Origin: Candidatus Eiseniibacteriota bacterium
Lineage (GTDB): Bacteria > Eisenbacteria > RBG-16-71-46 > CAZAMP01
DNA length: 64,000 nt
Direction of reading: 5' to 3'
NCBI GenBank assembly: GCA_965224245.1
Contig: OZ245046.1
Span: forward strand, 864,001 to 928,000
The notes below the pieces were generated by a model, which saw only the letters and a program-made list of their open reading frames with translations, ran no database searches and had not been told where the DNA came from. Shown piece after piece: positions 34,101 through 45,200 of the stretch (position 1 is the stretch's first letter; every line of letters begins with the position of its first letter). Both the position numbers and the translations under genes were made by a program.

Positions 34101-34422
34101 CGTGGAGGGAAGCCTGCTCTCGTCACCCGAGGCGCCGATCCCGATGACGTATACACTGTCCTCGCCGGGCCCGAATCCGTCTGGTGGCCGCACCGCGATG
34201 ACGTTCGCACTGCCCGAGGCGGGGAACGTGCAGCTCGCGATCTACGACGCGAGCGGTCGTGCGGTCCGGACGCTGGCCGATGGGGCGTATGCGCCCGCGG
34301 TCCATCGGGTGTTCTGGGACGCGCGCGATGACTGCGGTCGGCGCGTGGGCCCAGGCGTCTACTTCGTGCGGATCGAGGTCGGGACGTTCCATGCGGAGCG
34401 ACGGCTCACGGTGATGCGGTGA
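31144..34422 (+). CDS. Secreted LVIVD-repeat beta-propeller protein with FlgD-Ig/T9SS-type CTD
   Basis: Signal peptide, more than 12 GL.I.D.SDP..P repeats, PNP...IYDASGR...WD.RDD.GRRVGPGVYF C-terminus. Confidence 0.88.
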   Translation: MTRRARAVPALMAVLAILVSHAHPATGVIQSYTEDFTTKTYCDTLSTTAWWDTAAGELKLHALTPTLVGTYDTPGSAFAVTISGDQAFIADYTGGLHIIDVTDPADPVLLGTHGTPHKAADVAVASDRAFVADGLSGLQIVDVTDPVSPAFVGAYDTPDLALGVAVDGTHAFVADGETGLIVIDCSDPSNPVPVGLQDTSGFAWDVEVSGDLAFLADDVAGLVVFDISDLTNPAIISTYDTPGAARGVAVAGDLAFVSDESSGLHIIDVSDPASPLHVSTTGTPGDAIGITVSGDLVFVACDTQGLQVFDIRDPSNPVIANAFVTPSSAIGVAVAGDLAFVTDEIQGLHVIRVRYPTSPALEGTFVDSDGIYDVAVSGDLAFVAAQTGLLIIDISDPSTPVVIGSYDTPATTAHIAIAGNLAFLAEYDYSNYRYTLLIVDVTDPASPALVSSHDTTDSINSLSVADDLLLVQVAFSGLEIYDVSDPTSPVLVGTSGGPFGGSTIYGHRAYFGGSGLGILDISDPSMPVPVGSCSLFGNGGFGVEVEGDLAYLANGIWGLAVVDISDPTAPEVLSYTWTEEDASHIAVSGNIALVTDRNWGLHVFDITDPVNPVLTDVYDTPDDARRVVIEGELAFIADWAGGLHILRIYQHELDTANHAGQSLPVDGASSTIPRARVLDVSTGVVSWELSADAGASWTAVATPDAWTRIASPGADLQWRSLLELGGVGLPTVSELTLEWLNESGPVVSITDIADDQGGWVRLSFGRSGYDFADESSLPVATYQIYRRLDDEVLRRQVLEDGRMADAEVLERAPMSSLHPSAVRSFRDRLYVLGEEGSARGEMPPGVWEILTTVSALQQDEYVVAVPTLGDSSDAGIAWSVNLVTTHTTTPSIWFASAPDSGYSVDNIAPGIPSGLALLGTELSWDAAPEDDFRHHSVYGSELEEFDPAATLMGYTVDPIYDVSGASYGYYHVTTTDHVGNEGDAASVEGSLLSSPEAPIPMTYTLSSPGPNPSGGRTAMTFALPEAGNVQLAIYDASGRAVRTLADGAYAPAVHRVFWDARDDCGRRVGPGVYFVRIEVGTFHAERRLTVMR

Positions 34423-34445
34423 AGCCGGGATCCGCGTGCCAGAGC

Positions 34446-34644
34446 TCGAGCCCCGTACGTTCACCCGACGCGGGCTCGAAGTCCTCTCTACCTCTCTGTT
34501 TGGAAGGCCGTTCGAACAATCGCGATAACCGGCTGGCTGCAGCAACGTTGTCTGGTTGACTACTGGCGTACCCGCTCAGAGTTTGCACTGTCTCACACGG
34601 GTCACCATGGTCTGTCATGTAAGTGCATTTCGACAAATGGGTTA
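34446..34644 (+). repeat. Conserved junction element (att-like), full copy 1
   Basis: TCGAGCCC/GGGCTCGA hairpin, ACCTCTCTGTTTGGA at 34490-34504, CGGGTCACCA at 34598-34607, 25-nt motif at 34620-34644. Confidence 0.8.
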
Positions 34645-34872
34645 TGAGCCTACTCGCCCCCCCCTCGGCCAGCGTGATCGATCACTTCGCTTGAACTAGC
34701 CTGTCCCATTCGACCAGTTCTGACGCGGAGTGTCTTAGACCGCCCTCACTTCCCCGGCAGGCCCTGTCCACATCCGTCGAGCTTGCCGCGTGGTGATCGG
34801 AACGTCGCTACCGAAGGAAGAGTGAACCGTGGAGCCCGTACTCGACGGGAAGCCCCGAAACGAGAGAGAGTC

Positions 34873-37119
34873 ATGCGTAACCTATTGCTAATGATCGCGA
34901 TGTCACTCGAAACCCTTGTCGGCTGTTCACCAGACGGGGATGCTGGGGTCGGTCCCCGAGACGACGCGCCCCAGGAGGCAGCCACGATCGACGCGGATGG
35001 CGGCACGGTCACCGCAGTGTCCGAAGGCGTGAGCTCCTCGTTGAACTTTCCCCCGGGATCGCTCGGCGAAACGACCCGCATCGCGCTCCTGCCCGGCGAG
35101 GCGGAAGAGGGCGAGCTGGCCCGGTTCCGGATCGACGCCGACGAGCGGCGACTGCGGCGGCCGGCCAGCTTCCGGTTCACACTCCCGGACACCGTGGCCC
35201 CCGAACGCCTGGCGATCTTCCTGGAGACCGGAGCCCGCCGTGTCCCCCTCGTCACGTCGGTGGACGGTGGTGATCTCGTGGCCGAGATCTGGAGCTTCGG
35301 ACTCGACCTCGGCGACATCGGCACCGGTCGGTCAGGCGGCCTCTTCTCGGATGCGTTCATCGCGTACCTGGATTGTCAGTGGGAGCACGACCTCGTCCGC
35401 GAGGAACTCGTCCGCCTGAACGCGTGGATGTCCATGGACGGCGAACCGGGCATCGTGACCAGCCGGACCGAGCAGCTGATCGCACGGCTGAACGCGGTGA
35501 AGATCAGTTGCGGGGGTGTCGAGGGAACGGACGAGCTGGTGCAGTACGCGATGACGGCGAGCTGCGATCGCTACCGCGAGGCCTACGTCGATGCAGCGGC
35601 ACTGCCACCGCCGTCTGACTACGACACCATGCTCCGCCAGATCGTGCCCGTGCTGTCCAGTCATGCCGTCGTCGAGAACGTTGGCGTCGAGGCCTGCGGC
35701 TCCCCGATGTACCCGCTGATACAGGATGAGCTCTCGTCCTTCGTCGATCAGTATGCTGCCGAGATCACGGCCCCCGGCTACCTCGACGGCGCCGGGCCGT
35801 GGCGGCTGGTGTGGGCAGACCTCCGGTCGACGATCGGCAACCTCGCCGCCGACGTGGAAATGCTCGGCGTGGCGGAGGAGGTGCCCGTCTACGAGGATCT
35901 CGTGTACCCGCTCGCGAACATCCTCCGGCGTGCGGCCTACCAGTCGTGTCGTGAGTTCAACACCCAGGTGTACCTCGTCGACCTTCTCACCGGTGGGTGG
36001 TACCTCGAGCACCCCATCAGCCCGACGTCCGACCCATCGATCCTGAACCTCGAGTCGAGTGCGGTTCGGGAAGACGTCGAGCACTGTGCCTGCGAGTTCA
36101 CGGTGAAGGCCTTCGACGCCATCGGTGAGGTACTGGCCGAGGAGTCACTCGGCGGCGGCGATGCTCCCGGATCGGCCGTCACTACGGCGGCGATGTTCGT
36201 TCCGGCGGATGGCGTCCTCGAGTTCAGCGGATCCGTGCGGGCGTTTCGGTGCGAGCCTCCCGATCGGTCCGCCAGCTGGAGCATCGATCGCCTGGTGGTC
36301 CGGATCGGCGACGACGAGCTGGCCAGTCGCTTCGCCGGTGCGGACGGCCAGTACCTGAGCACGCCGCTCGACGTCTCCATGGAGGACGTGCTGGCCGCCG
36401 ACGCCTCGCGTCCCATTCTCCTGACCGTGCACCGCGTGGGCCCCGCGTGCGGTGGCTGGTACGCGGGGCACGCCGGTGAAGCGGAGGTCGACACTCAGCT
36501 ACTCGAGATCGAGCTCCGCTCCAACTTCGTGGTGCGGGACGGGGAGTTCGAGGACGGGGACTGGTCGCACGATCTCTTCGTGAACCATCCCAGCGGGGCC
36601 GGCCGTGCCTCCGTCGCGCGCTCGGGCTCGGCCGGCAACCCCGGAGCCGCCCAGACCGGCCGTCACGACTTCGGCCCGGGCGTGCTGACGTACGGACACC
36701 TCAACAACGAGGCCTGGTACGCTCCCGCGACGGACGGACCCATCTCATCGGTGTCCTTCTCGATCCAGTTTTCAGTCACGGCCGGCGGCGGTGCTTGCGG
36801 TGGTGATCCCGGCAATCCCCAGGTCTCTTGCGGGATGTTGCTTCATCAGGATGGGCACTACTTCAAGACCGGCGAGGCCTGGCTTTCAGCAGGGCAAGTG
36901 TCGGGCTGGGTGACGATTGCCGCACGCGATCTGACCGCCGAAGACTTCCGGCGCATTCGCGCCGACGGAACCACGGAGGCGGTTCACCCGGACTTCACCG
37001 AGAAGGGAAACCCGATCACCCTCGGGTACGGAACCGGAAACAGCACCGGGCTAGACACCTGTGTCCGGGACTGGAAGGTGGACAACTTCTACGTCGAGGT
37101 CGTGCCGGAGGAGCGCTGA
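34873..37119 (+). CDS. Large hypothetical lipoprotein
   Basis: Lipobox-like LVGC after a hydrophobic N-terminus, IDADGGTV domain start, beta-rich C-terminus. Confidence 0.7.
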   Translation: MRNLLLMIAMSLETLVGCSPDGDAGVGPRDDAPQEAATIDADGGTVTAVSEGVSSSLNFPPGSLGETTRIALLPGEAEEGELARFRIDADERRLRRPASFRFTLPDTVAPERLAIFLETGARRVPLVTSVDGGDLVAEIWSFGLDLGDIGTGRSGGLFSDAFIAYLDCQWEHDLVREELVRLNAWMSMDGEPGIVTSRTEQLIARLNAVKISCGGVEGTDELVQYAMTASCDRYREAYVDAAALPPPSDYDTMLRQIVPVLSSHAVVENVGVEACGSPMYPLIQDELSSFVDQYAAEITAPGYLDGAGPWRLVWADLRSTIGNLAADVEMLGVAEEVPVYEDLVYPLANILRRAAYQSCREFNTQVYLVDLLTGGWYLEHPISPTSDPSILNLESSAVREDVEHCACEFTVKAFDAIGEVLAEESLGGGDAPGSAVTTAAMFVPADGVLEFSGSVRAFRCEPPDRSASWSIDRLVVRIGDDELASRFAGADGQYLSTPLDVSMEDVLAADASRPILLTVHRVGPACGGWYAGHAGEAEVDTQLLEIELRSNFVVRDGEFEDGDWSHDLFVNHPSGAGRASVARSGSAGNPGAAQTGRHDFGPGVLTYGHLNNEAWYAPATDGPISSVSFSIQFSVTAGGGACGGDPGNPQVSCGMLLHQDGHYFKTGEAWLSAGQVSGWVTIAARDLTAEDFRRIRADGTTEAVHPDFTEKGNPITLGYGTGNSTGLDTCVRDWKVDNFYVEVVPEER

Positions 37120-37244
37120 GCGTGTCGAAACGAATGGTCGGCGCTCGGTTTCCCGGGATCGCTGCGTCGTTCCGACCAGATGCGTGACGATGCTCCGGAC
37201 GTGAGCAGCGATCGCGATGCAGGATCAACGACCGAGGGTGAGTG

Positions 37245-37847
37245 TCATTCTGACGGACTGTCGTTCGAGCTCCGCGAGCTCTCGCCCTGCATGTCGCGGT
37301 AGAGCCACGCCTGAGCGTACTGGCAGTAGCGGCGAACGGATCGCGGTGTGACGTTCAAGACCTCAGCGATCTCCTCGTCGGGCACGCCGGCGAAGAGCTT
37401 CAGCTCCAGCACCCGCGCCTTCTCGGGGGCATGCTCGGTGAGGCGGGTCAGCGATTGATCGAGCGCGATGACGTCGAGCATCGGAACGTCGGCGGCCGAT
37501 ACCGTGATCGCGTGATCGAGGTCGATCGGCGTGACACCTCCGCCTCGGCGAAGGCGCTTCTTGCGGCGGGCATGATCGACGAGCACGCGTCGCATGGCCT
37601 GAGCGGCGATGGCGAAGAAGTGCGCGCGATCCTTCCACTCGGCCCGGGTCTGATCGATGAGCTTGAGGTAGGCCTCGTGCACGAGCGCCGTCGCCTGGAG
37701 GGTGTGGTCCGGTCGCTCTCGGGCGAGGTAGTACTGGGCGAGTCGGCGCAGCTCGTCGTAGACGAGGGGCAGCAGAGTGTCGGCCGCATCGGCTTCCTTG
37801 GCCGACGCCGCCTGGAGAAGTCTCGTGGCCTGGTCTGCACCGGACAT
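37245..37847 (-). CDS. ECF sigma factor, kinase-associated (TIGR02999-like)
   Basis: LLPLVYDELRRLA, HTLQATALVHEAYLKL, HFFAIAAQAMRRVLVDHAR. Confidence 0.9.
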   Translation of the reverse strand: MSGADQATRLLQAASAKEADAADTLLPLVYDELRRLAQYYLARERPDHTLQATALVHEAYLKLIDQTRAEWKDRAHFFAIAAQAMRRVLVDHARRKKRLRRGGGVTPIDLDHAITVSAADVPMLDVIALDQSLTRLTEHAPEKARVLELKLFAGVPDEEIAEVLNVTPRSVRRYCQYAQAWLYRDMQGESSRSSNDSPSE

Positions 37848-37950
37848 GTGACGACACCTCCCATGTTCCGTCGCCGTGGTTCACGAGTATAATCGTGTGA
37901 CGACTCGTGTAGGTCAACCTGCTCACATTGCTTGCCGGAGCCCCGCCCGC

Positions 37951-40900
37951 ATGACTGATCCACGACCCGACGCCGCCACGATCTTCTCCGATGCACTCGA
38001 GCTCCCGTCGTCCGAGCGTGAGGCCTTCGTGGCCCGGCAGTGTGGATCGGACGAGGCGCTCCGAACGGAGGTGGAGGCGCTCCTGGCCGTTCTTCCGGAG
38101 GCGGAGCGGGTGCTGGATCCGCGGGCGGTGGCGGCGGAAGTCGACGAGTCCGTTCGAGGCCTCGAGAGTCGCATGATCGGAACCCGGGTCGATGCCTACT
38201 GCATCATCGGCCTGCTCGGCACGGGCGGCATGGGCGCGGTCTATCTCGGTGAGCGGAGCGACGCCGAGTTCGACAAGCGCGTCGCGATCAAGCTCTTCCG
38301 CACGTCGGTCGGCAGCGACGCGATGCTGGAGCGGTTTCGCACCGAGCGTCGGGTTCTCGCGGCGCTGGAACACGCGAACATCGCGCGGCTGCTGGACGGC
38401 GGGGCCACGGACGACGGCGTTCCGTACATCATCATGGAGCACGTGGACGGTGTCGCGATCGATCGGCACGCCGACGACGCCCGACTCGAACTGAACGAGC
38501 GACTCCGAATCTTCCAGTTCGTCTGCGAGGCCGTCCGGTACGCGCACCAGAACCTCGTCATCCACCGCGACCTCAAGCCGTCGAACATTCTCGTCAGCCG
38601 CGACGGGCAGCCGAAGCTGCTCGACTTCGGAATCGCCAAGGTTGTCGACGACTCCGTCGATCCGGCCCAGCACACGGTCACCAACCTCCGCATGTTGACG
38701 CCACGGTATGCGAGCCCCGAGCAGATCAGGGGAGAGCCCGTCACCACGGCCACCGACGTCTACTCGCTCGGTGTCGTTCTCCACGAGCTTCTCACGGGCC
38801 TGCACCCGCACGACCGAGGCACGCAGTCGTCGACGGGCCTGGAGCGGATCATCGCGGAGGAGGACGCCGTGCGACCGAGCGTCGCGCTCGATCGGGATCC
38901 GGAGCGAGCCGAGCGTGCGGCCCGCGCGCGCGGGACCGATGTTCGCGGGCTTCGGTCGCGGCTGCGAGGTGACCTCGACACGGTCGTTCTCAAGGCCATC
39001 GACAACGATCCCGCGCGTCGCTACGACTCCGTTGGCGCGTTCTCCGAGGACATCCGACGTCACCTCGAGGGTCACACCGTCCTCGCCCGCCCGGACACGA
39101 TCCGATACCGGACGATGAAGTTCGCGCGCCGGAACAAGCCGATCGTACTCGGCATTCTCGGTGTCGTGCTGGCGCTCGTCGCTGGCCTCGTGGCCACACG
39201 AAGCCAGTACGTTCGCGCCGATCGCGAGCGGATGCGGGCCGAGGATCAGACGCGTGAGGCCACGTGGATCGCCTATGCCGCCAAGGTCTCGGCAGCCGAG
39301 AACGCAATCCGGGCGAACGAGATCGAGGACGCCGAGCGTTTCCTCGATGATGCGCCCGTCGAGCTCAGGGGCTGGGAGTGGCATCACCTGCGCCGGCGTC
39401 TGGATCGCAGCCTCGCGTCGATTCCCGCGCACGACTTCTGGGTGACCGCACTCGCGTTCAGTCCGGATGGCCAGCTGCTCGTCAGTGGATCCTACGATCA
39501 GACGGTCAAGGTGTGGGAGCTGGACCCCCCGCGCCTGCGGCACACGCTCCGTCGTCCGCTCACGTTGACGGGCCTGGCCTCCTGGGAGTTCGGTGTCCTG
39601 GACATCGACGTGCTTCCCGACGCGCGACGCGCCGTCGTGAACTATCTGCACGAGTCAGACCCCGGTGATGCGAAGGCGGGCGGCGCGGTGGTGATCTGGG
39701 ATCTGGAACGAGGCGAAGCCCTCGAGTCGTTCCGCGATCCCGGTCTATCGTGGTGGCATGGCGATGTCGACCGCACGGGTCGGCTGATCGCTGTCGGTAA
39801 CCGGTCGGGAACGGTCCGGGTCTTCGAGGGTGGTCTCCGGGATGTGGTGGCGACCTTCGACGCCTCACCGTCCACCGACGGGACGTTCCAGCGGCTACAC
39901 TCGGTCGCGTTCCATCCGGATCAGCCGATCGTGGCCACGGCCCGGAGCCGGATCGAGACCTGGCGCGCGACGGACGGCTCGCCGCTCGCCGCGTTTCCAT
40001 CCACGCCCGACAGACCGTCGACGTTGAGGTACTCGAACCGGGGAGATCGCCTCGCGGCGATCATGCGGCGTGGTCCGGTGACGATCTGGGACACGTCCAC
40101 CGTCACGGCGCTCACGCACTTCGCCGGCCACCAGGGCGCGGTTCAGGATCTCGTCTTCGGCGACACGGACGAGGAGATCTTCTCGGTCGGAGATGACGCG
40201 CGCGTCCTCGCCTGGGACTCGCGTACGGGAACGATCCGTCGAACGCTTCGCGGACACCGGAGCGCGGTCCGGGCGATTGCGATGAGCGATGACGGTCGTC
40301 GCCTGGCCACCGGCGACGAGCGGGGCGAGCTCCGGATCTGGAGTCCCGAGACCTCGGATGTCCCGAAGCGCACCATCCAGCAGGCCTGGCGCCCGATGTG
40401 GCCCACCGAGGCGATTCCGACCCCGGATGGTCGCGGCATCCTCAGTGCCGGAACGCACAAGCAGGTCGAGCGGTGGGACCGCGATGGAACCGATCGGGGC
40501 GAGCTGCTGCGGGAGCTCGACACGTGCGGAGCCCGCGCTCTGGCTCTTTCCGACGACGGAGACCTCCTGGTCGTGGCGAACGACCGGGGTTGCGTGACCG
40601 TGGCGGACTATTCGGCGCGCCGTCTGGAGCGCGTGTTCTGGGCGCACGGGGGGCACGTCGTGGACGTCGACATCCATCCCGACGGCGTCCACTTCGCCAC
40701 GGTGGGGGACGACTCTCTCCTTCGAGTCTGGCGTCGTGACGACCTCGACACCCCGGTGCACACATCGAAGCATCACAGCCCGACCACGGCGGTTGGCTTC
40801 GATCGAAGTGGCTCGAGCGTGCTCGTGGGAACTCGCGGAGGGGCGATCACCATCGTCAACTCGACGACGGGGGCGCTCGTCACGAAGATCGACGCGCACG

Positions 40901-41973
40901 CGGGATCGGTCGCGGACCTCGTCGTGGCTCCCGATGGCGAGACGTTCGTCACCGCCTCGGCGGACGGGTCGGTTCGAGAGTGGCGACTCCCCGGGGGCGA
41001 GTCCCTGCGCGTCCTCGTCGACGGCGACGCGCCGATGGACGCCGTGGTCTTTCATCCGGACGGAAGTCGCATCTTCGCGGGGGGGGACGGCGGTGCGATC
41101 CGCGTCATCGGCGCGACGCTCGGCCGGGAGATCGTTCGACTCGGCGGTCACCAGGCGGCGATACGGTCACTCTCGGTCGGCGACGACGGGCTCCTCGTGT
41201 CGACGTCGCGCGACGGCACGGTTCGATGGTGGGATCCGCACCCGGCTCGGCAGGCGGAGATCGAAGAGCAGTTACCGGTACCGGTAGCACCGGTGCACGC
41301 AGAGGCCGGTCTGGATGGAGACGACGTCGTCTCACGAGACCTCGTGGCGGCATGGCGAGGCGACGACAGCGCCCGCGACGCTGTCGGGGCTCACCACGGT
41401 GTCCTCCAGAACGGCGCTCGGTTCGCGGGCGGTGTGATAGGCGAGGCCTTCGAGTTTCAGGATCCGCTCGCGGTCGTTCGCATCGAGCCCGTACCTCGCT
41501 GTCTCCAATCGGGGGACGACTACTCGATCGTCCTCTGGGCCTCTCTTGCCGACTCGACGTCGAGCGGGACCGTGATCTCATGCCGGCCTGAGCGATGGCA
41601 CTTCGCTCGCAAGGGGTGGACGCTGCGCCGCAGCGCGGAGACGTGGCGCTTGGGGCGGGCCGAGCCACAGGAGCCGGCGCTCCTGGTTCCCGGCTCGGCC
41701 GATGGGGGTCGGTTCACGCACCTCGCGCTGGTCGTGGAGCCCCGGTTCGAGCGGGTGACGCTGTACGTCGACGGAACACCGCACGTCGGCCCCGGCGATC
41801 TCTTCGCCGACGTGGCGCTTCCGGGGACCGCGCTCCTGCGGATCGGGCGCGACGCCTACCACGAGGACACCACGTGGGACCCCCTCTCGGGCCGCGTCGA
41901 CGAGGTGGAGGTCTACGACCGCGCACTCCGCGCGAGCGAGATCCGAGCTTTCGCGTCTCGATACGCCCGGTAG
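37951..41973 (+). CDS. Ser/Thr kinase with TM, WD40 repeats and C-terminal LamG-like domain
   Basis: GTGGMGAVY, HRDLKPSN, DFGIAK, GH...WD repeats, and LYVDG...GRVDEVEVYDRAL at the end. Confidence 0.9.
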   Translation: MTDPRPDAATIFSDALELPSSEREAFVARQCGSDEALRTEVEALLAVLPEAERVLDPRAVAAEVDESVRGLESRMIGTRVDAYCIIGLLGTGGMGAVYLGERSDAEFDKRVAIKLFRTSVGSDAMLERFRTERRVLAALEHANIARLLDGGATDDGVPYIIMEHVDGVAIDRHADDARLELNERLRIFQFVCEAVRYAHQNLVIHRDLKPSNILVSRDGQPKLLDFGIAKVVDDSVDPAQHTVTNLRMLTPRYASPEQIRGEPVTTATDVYSLGVVLHELLTGLHPHDRGTQSSTGLERIIAEEDAVRPSVALDRDPERAERAARARGTDVRGLRSRLRGDLDTVVLKAIDNDPARRYDSVGAFSEDIRRHLEGHTVLARPDTIRYRTMKFARRNKPIVLGILGVVLALVAGLVATRSQYVRADRERMRAEDQTREATWIAYAAKVSAAENAIRANEIEDAERFLDDAPVELRGWEWHHLRRRLDRSLASIPAHDFWVTALAFSPDGQLLVSGSYDQTVKVWELDPPRLRHTLRRPLTLTGLASWEFGVLDIDVLPDARRAVVNYLHESDPGDAKAGGAVVIWDLERGEALESFRDPGLSWWHGDVDRTGRLIAVGNRSGTVRVFEGGLRDVVATFDASPSTDGTFQRLHSVAFHPDQPIVATARSRIETWRATDGSPLAAFPSTPDRPSTLRYSNRGDRLAAIMRRGPVTIWDTSTVTALTHFAGHQGAVQDLVFGDTDEEIFSVGDDARVLAWDSRTGTIRRTLRGHRSAVRAIAMSDDGRRLATGDERGELRIWSPETSDVPKRTIQQAWRPMWPTEAIPTPDGRGILSAGTHKQVERWDRDGTDRGELLRELDTCGARALALSDDGDLLVVANDRGCVTVADYSARRLERVFWAHGGHVVDVDIHPDGVHFATVGDDSLLRVWRRDDLDTPVHTSKHHSPTTAVGFDRSGSSVLVGTRGGAITIVNSTTGALVTKIDAHAGSVADLVVAPDGETFVTASADGSVREWRLPGGESLRVLVDGDAPMDAVVFHPDGSRIFAGGDGGAIRVIGATLGREIVRLGGHQAAIRSLSVGDDGLLVSTSRDGTVRWWDPHPARQAEIEEQLPVPVAPVHAEAGLDGDDVVSRDLVAAWRGDDSARDAVGAHHGVLQNGARFAGGVIGEAFEFQDPLAVVRIEPVPRCLQSGDDYSIVLWASLADSTSSGTVISCRPERWHFARKGWTLRRSAETWRLGRAEPQEPALLVPGSADGGRFTHLALVVEPRFERVTLYVDGTPHVGPGDLFADVALPGTALLRIGRDAYHEDTTWDPLSGRVDEVEVYDRALRASEIRAFASRYAR

Positions 41974-42229
41974 TGTCTGTCCAGCGCAGGAATCTCTCCG
42001 AAAGCTGTCCAAGATCCTTCTCGTTGTCGCGTACCTGATGATCGGCACTATCTAGACCGCTCGCTGGTGGGAACGGAGCCGTGTTCCGGCCGGCGCCGCA
42101 GGAAGGGGCGCGCATCCGATGGAGCGGAGTTGCGATCCCGCAACCACGAGGCAGCTCACATGACAGTTAGGCCGAACGCGCAGTCCAACTCGTCCATCGC
42201 CATACTCACTCAATCGGAGAGAGTGCAAC

Positions 42230-45200
42230 ATGAGTCATCGTGTGTCGCTTGCGATGTTTCTGCTGGCCATCGCTGCCTTGTCTCGTGCAAGTACCTTCAC
42301 CGAGGACTTCACGACCACAACCTACTGGGATGCAGCCGAGACGACCGCAAACTGGAACACCGGGGCCGGGGAGCTTGGACTGCACCCGTTCGAACCGAGC
42401 ATCGTCTCGGGTGTGGCTACGGGGCATGTGCGGAACGTGGCTGTGTCGGGGAACCTCGTCTTCGTGGCCAACGGCAGCCAGGGGTTTCTCGTGATCGACA
42501 TCACGGACCCCGCGAGTCCAGTGACCATCGGCAGTCTTCTCGACGCCTGGACTAAGTACGATCTCGCCGTGGCCGGGGATCATGTCTTCGCGGTGGGTAC
42601 GAGCGGCATTCAGGGGCTCGACGTCTCCGATCCCACCACGCCCGTGCTTGTCGGCAGCGCCGCGATACCGGGGACGTGTCTGGGCGTGGCACTGGCTGGA
42701 GACCACGCCTTCGTGGCAAACGGCAGCGATGGCCTTCGCGTGATCGACATCTCCGATCCGACGAGCCCCGCGATCGTCGGTCTCGTCGATACGCCAGGGT
42801 CCGCGTACGACGTGACGCTGGCCGGCGATCTAGCGTACGTGGCAGACCTCAACTTCGGTCTGCAGGTGATCGACATCTCCGATCCCACGACCCCTGGCAT
42901 CATGAGCAACGTCGATACGCCCGGGTCAGCAGCTTCGGTGGCGGTTTCGGGTGACATCGTGCACCTGACTGATCAGGCGGACGGACTGCACATGATCGAC
43001 GTGTCCGATCCCACATCGCCCACGATCGTCGGCAGCATCGATCCCGGCCTGGCGGCGGGCATCGCGGTGTCCGGAGACGTCGCGATCCTTGCGGACTTCA
43101 CTGCCGGGCTCCTGCTAATTGACATCACCGATCCTACGATGCCCACCATCCTCTCAAGCGCGCCGGTTCCCGCTGGCGGGACCGCGGTGACGGTAGCCGG
43201 GAACCTCGCATTTGTGGCAGACGGTAATCTTGATCTGCAGGTGTTCGAGATTGCTACTCCTGCGAGCCCTCTGAATGTCGGCAGCGTCGACACGCCGGAC
43301 GAAACCTACAGCGTCGCGATCGCCGGCGACGTCGCCTATGTGGCGGACCTGGGTTCCGGCGTCCAGGTGGTCGACATCTCTGATCCCGCGACCCCGGCAA
43401 TCATCGGCAGCGTCAACACACCGGGAGACGCCCGGGATATCGTCGCGACCGGTGACGTGGTGTATCTGGCCGATGACGCCTCCGGGCTCCAGGTGATCGA
43501 TGTGTCCGACCCCACAGCGCCGGCGATCATTGGAAGCATGGTCACTCCTGGGCGGGCACTCGGCCTCGCCGTGGAAGGCGATCTGGCCATCGTGGGAGAC
43601 TTCACGTCGGGACAGGTACTGACGGTCGATATCTCCTCGCCGGCGGCTCCAAGCATCGTCGGTAGCGTGCTCACGCCCGAGCGCCCCTTCAGCGTGGCGG
43701 TGGCCGGCGATGTCGCCTACGTGACCGACTACAACGTCGGTCTGCGGGCAATCGACATCTCCGATCCCGCGATCCCGGTGGAGATCGGTTCCGTCGCCAC
43801 ACCGGGCCCTCCGCGAACGGTCACCCTGTCCGGCGACGTCGCCTTCGTATCGGCCCGCGAGGCCGGCGTGGTGGCCATCGACGTCTCGGATCCAACCACG
43901 CCGACGATCGTTGGCAGCGTCGACACGCCGGGGTTCGCCACCGGCGTGACGGGCATCGCCGTCGCCGGCGACGTGGCGTTCGTGGCGGACTACGACTTCG
44001 GGGTCCAGGTGATCGACATCTCCGATCCCACGACGCTCGCGATCATCGGCGGGCTCGATACACCCGGCCTGTGCCGGAGCGTCGTGCTAGCCGGCGAGCA
44101 CGCCTTCGTGTCCGATGGTGAAGTCGGCCTCCAGATGATGCGCGTCTTCCAGCACACGTTCGATGAGTCTCGCAACGTCGGCCAGTCTCTGCCGCTACCC
44201 ACGGGTACCGACATCGTCATGAAGACGCGACTCTCGAGCGTTCAGACCGATCACGTCAGCTGGGAACTCAGCGCGAACGGGGAGAGCGATTTCACGTCGG
44301 TCGTTCCGGGCGCGGACTGGATGACGATCAACCCCGGCCAGAATCTCGTGTGGCGGTCGACCCATGCGCTCTCGGCGTCCCTCGCGAACCCCGCGGCCCA
44401 GGAGGTGACGATCGAGTGGCTCACGAAGTGGGCGCCGATCATCTCGATCACCGACGTTCCCGACGACGAGGGGCGCGCGGTATCGCTCACACTGACCCGC
44501 TCGGCGCACGAGTTCGACGACGAGACGACCTTCCCGGTGGTCGGCTACGCGATCTACCGGCGGGTCGACCAGGCGTCACTCGTCCGCGATGTCATGGAAG
44601 TCGGCACGATGCCCGATGCCGTCAGTCTCGACGGCACGCCGCTGGCCTCGTACGGGCCGGATCGCGTCCGTCTCATCGGCGATCGCGAGTTCGTGCTGGG
44701 CGATGCGCTGGCGGCGGGCGACGGCTTCCCCCCCGGTGTCTGGGAAGGTGTCGGCTGGGTGCTTCCCGAGCGAAGCGACACGTACACGACCACGGTCGCC
44801 ACGGCCGCCGACTCGAGTGGTTTCGGCATCCCGTGGTCGGTCTACCTCACGGCCACGCACACGACGACGCCGGCGGCGTACTTCCTGAGCGAGCCCGACA
44901 GCGCCTACTCGGTGGACAATCGCGCGCCGGCTGCACCGACGGGCCTGGCGCTCGTCGGGAACGATCTCTCCTGGGACACGGCCCCCGAATCCGACTTTGC
45001 GTATCATAGTGTCTACGGATCGTCATCATCGGAGTTCGATCCCGGAGCAACGTTCATCGACTACACGATCGATGCGACGTACGACGTGACTGGGCACGTC
45101 CATGCGTACTTCCACGTCACGACCACGGACTTCGCCGACAACGAGGGCGACGCCGCGAGCATCGAGAGTGATTTGCTGTCGGCGCCCGAAATGACGGTCC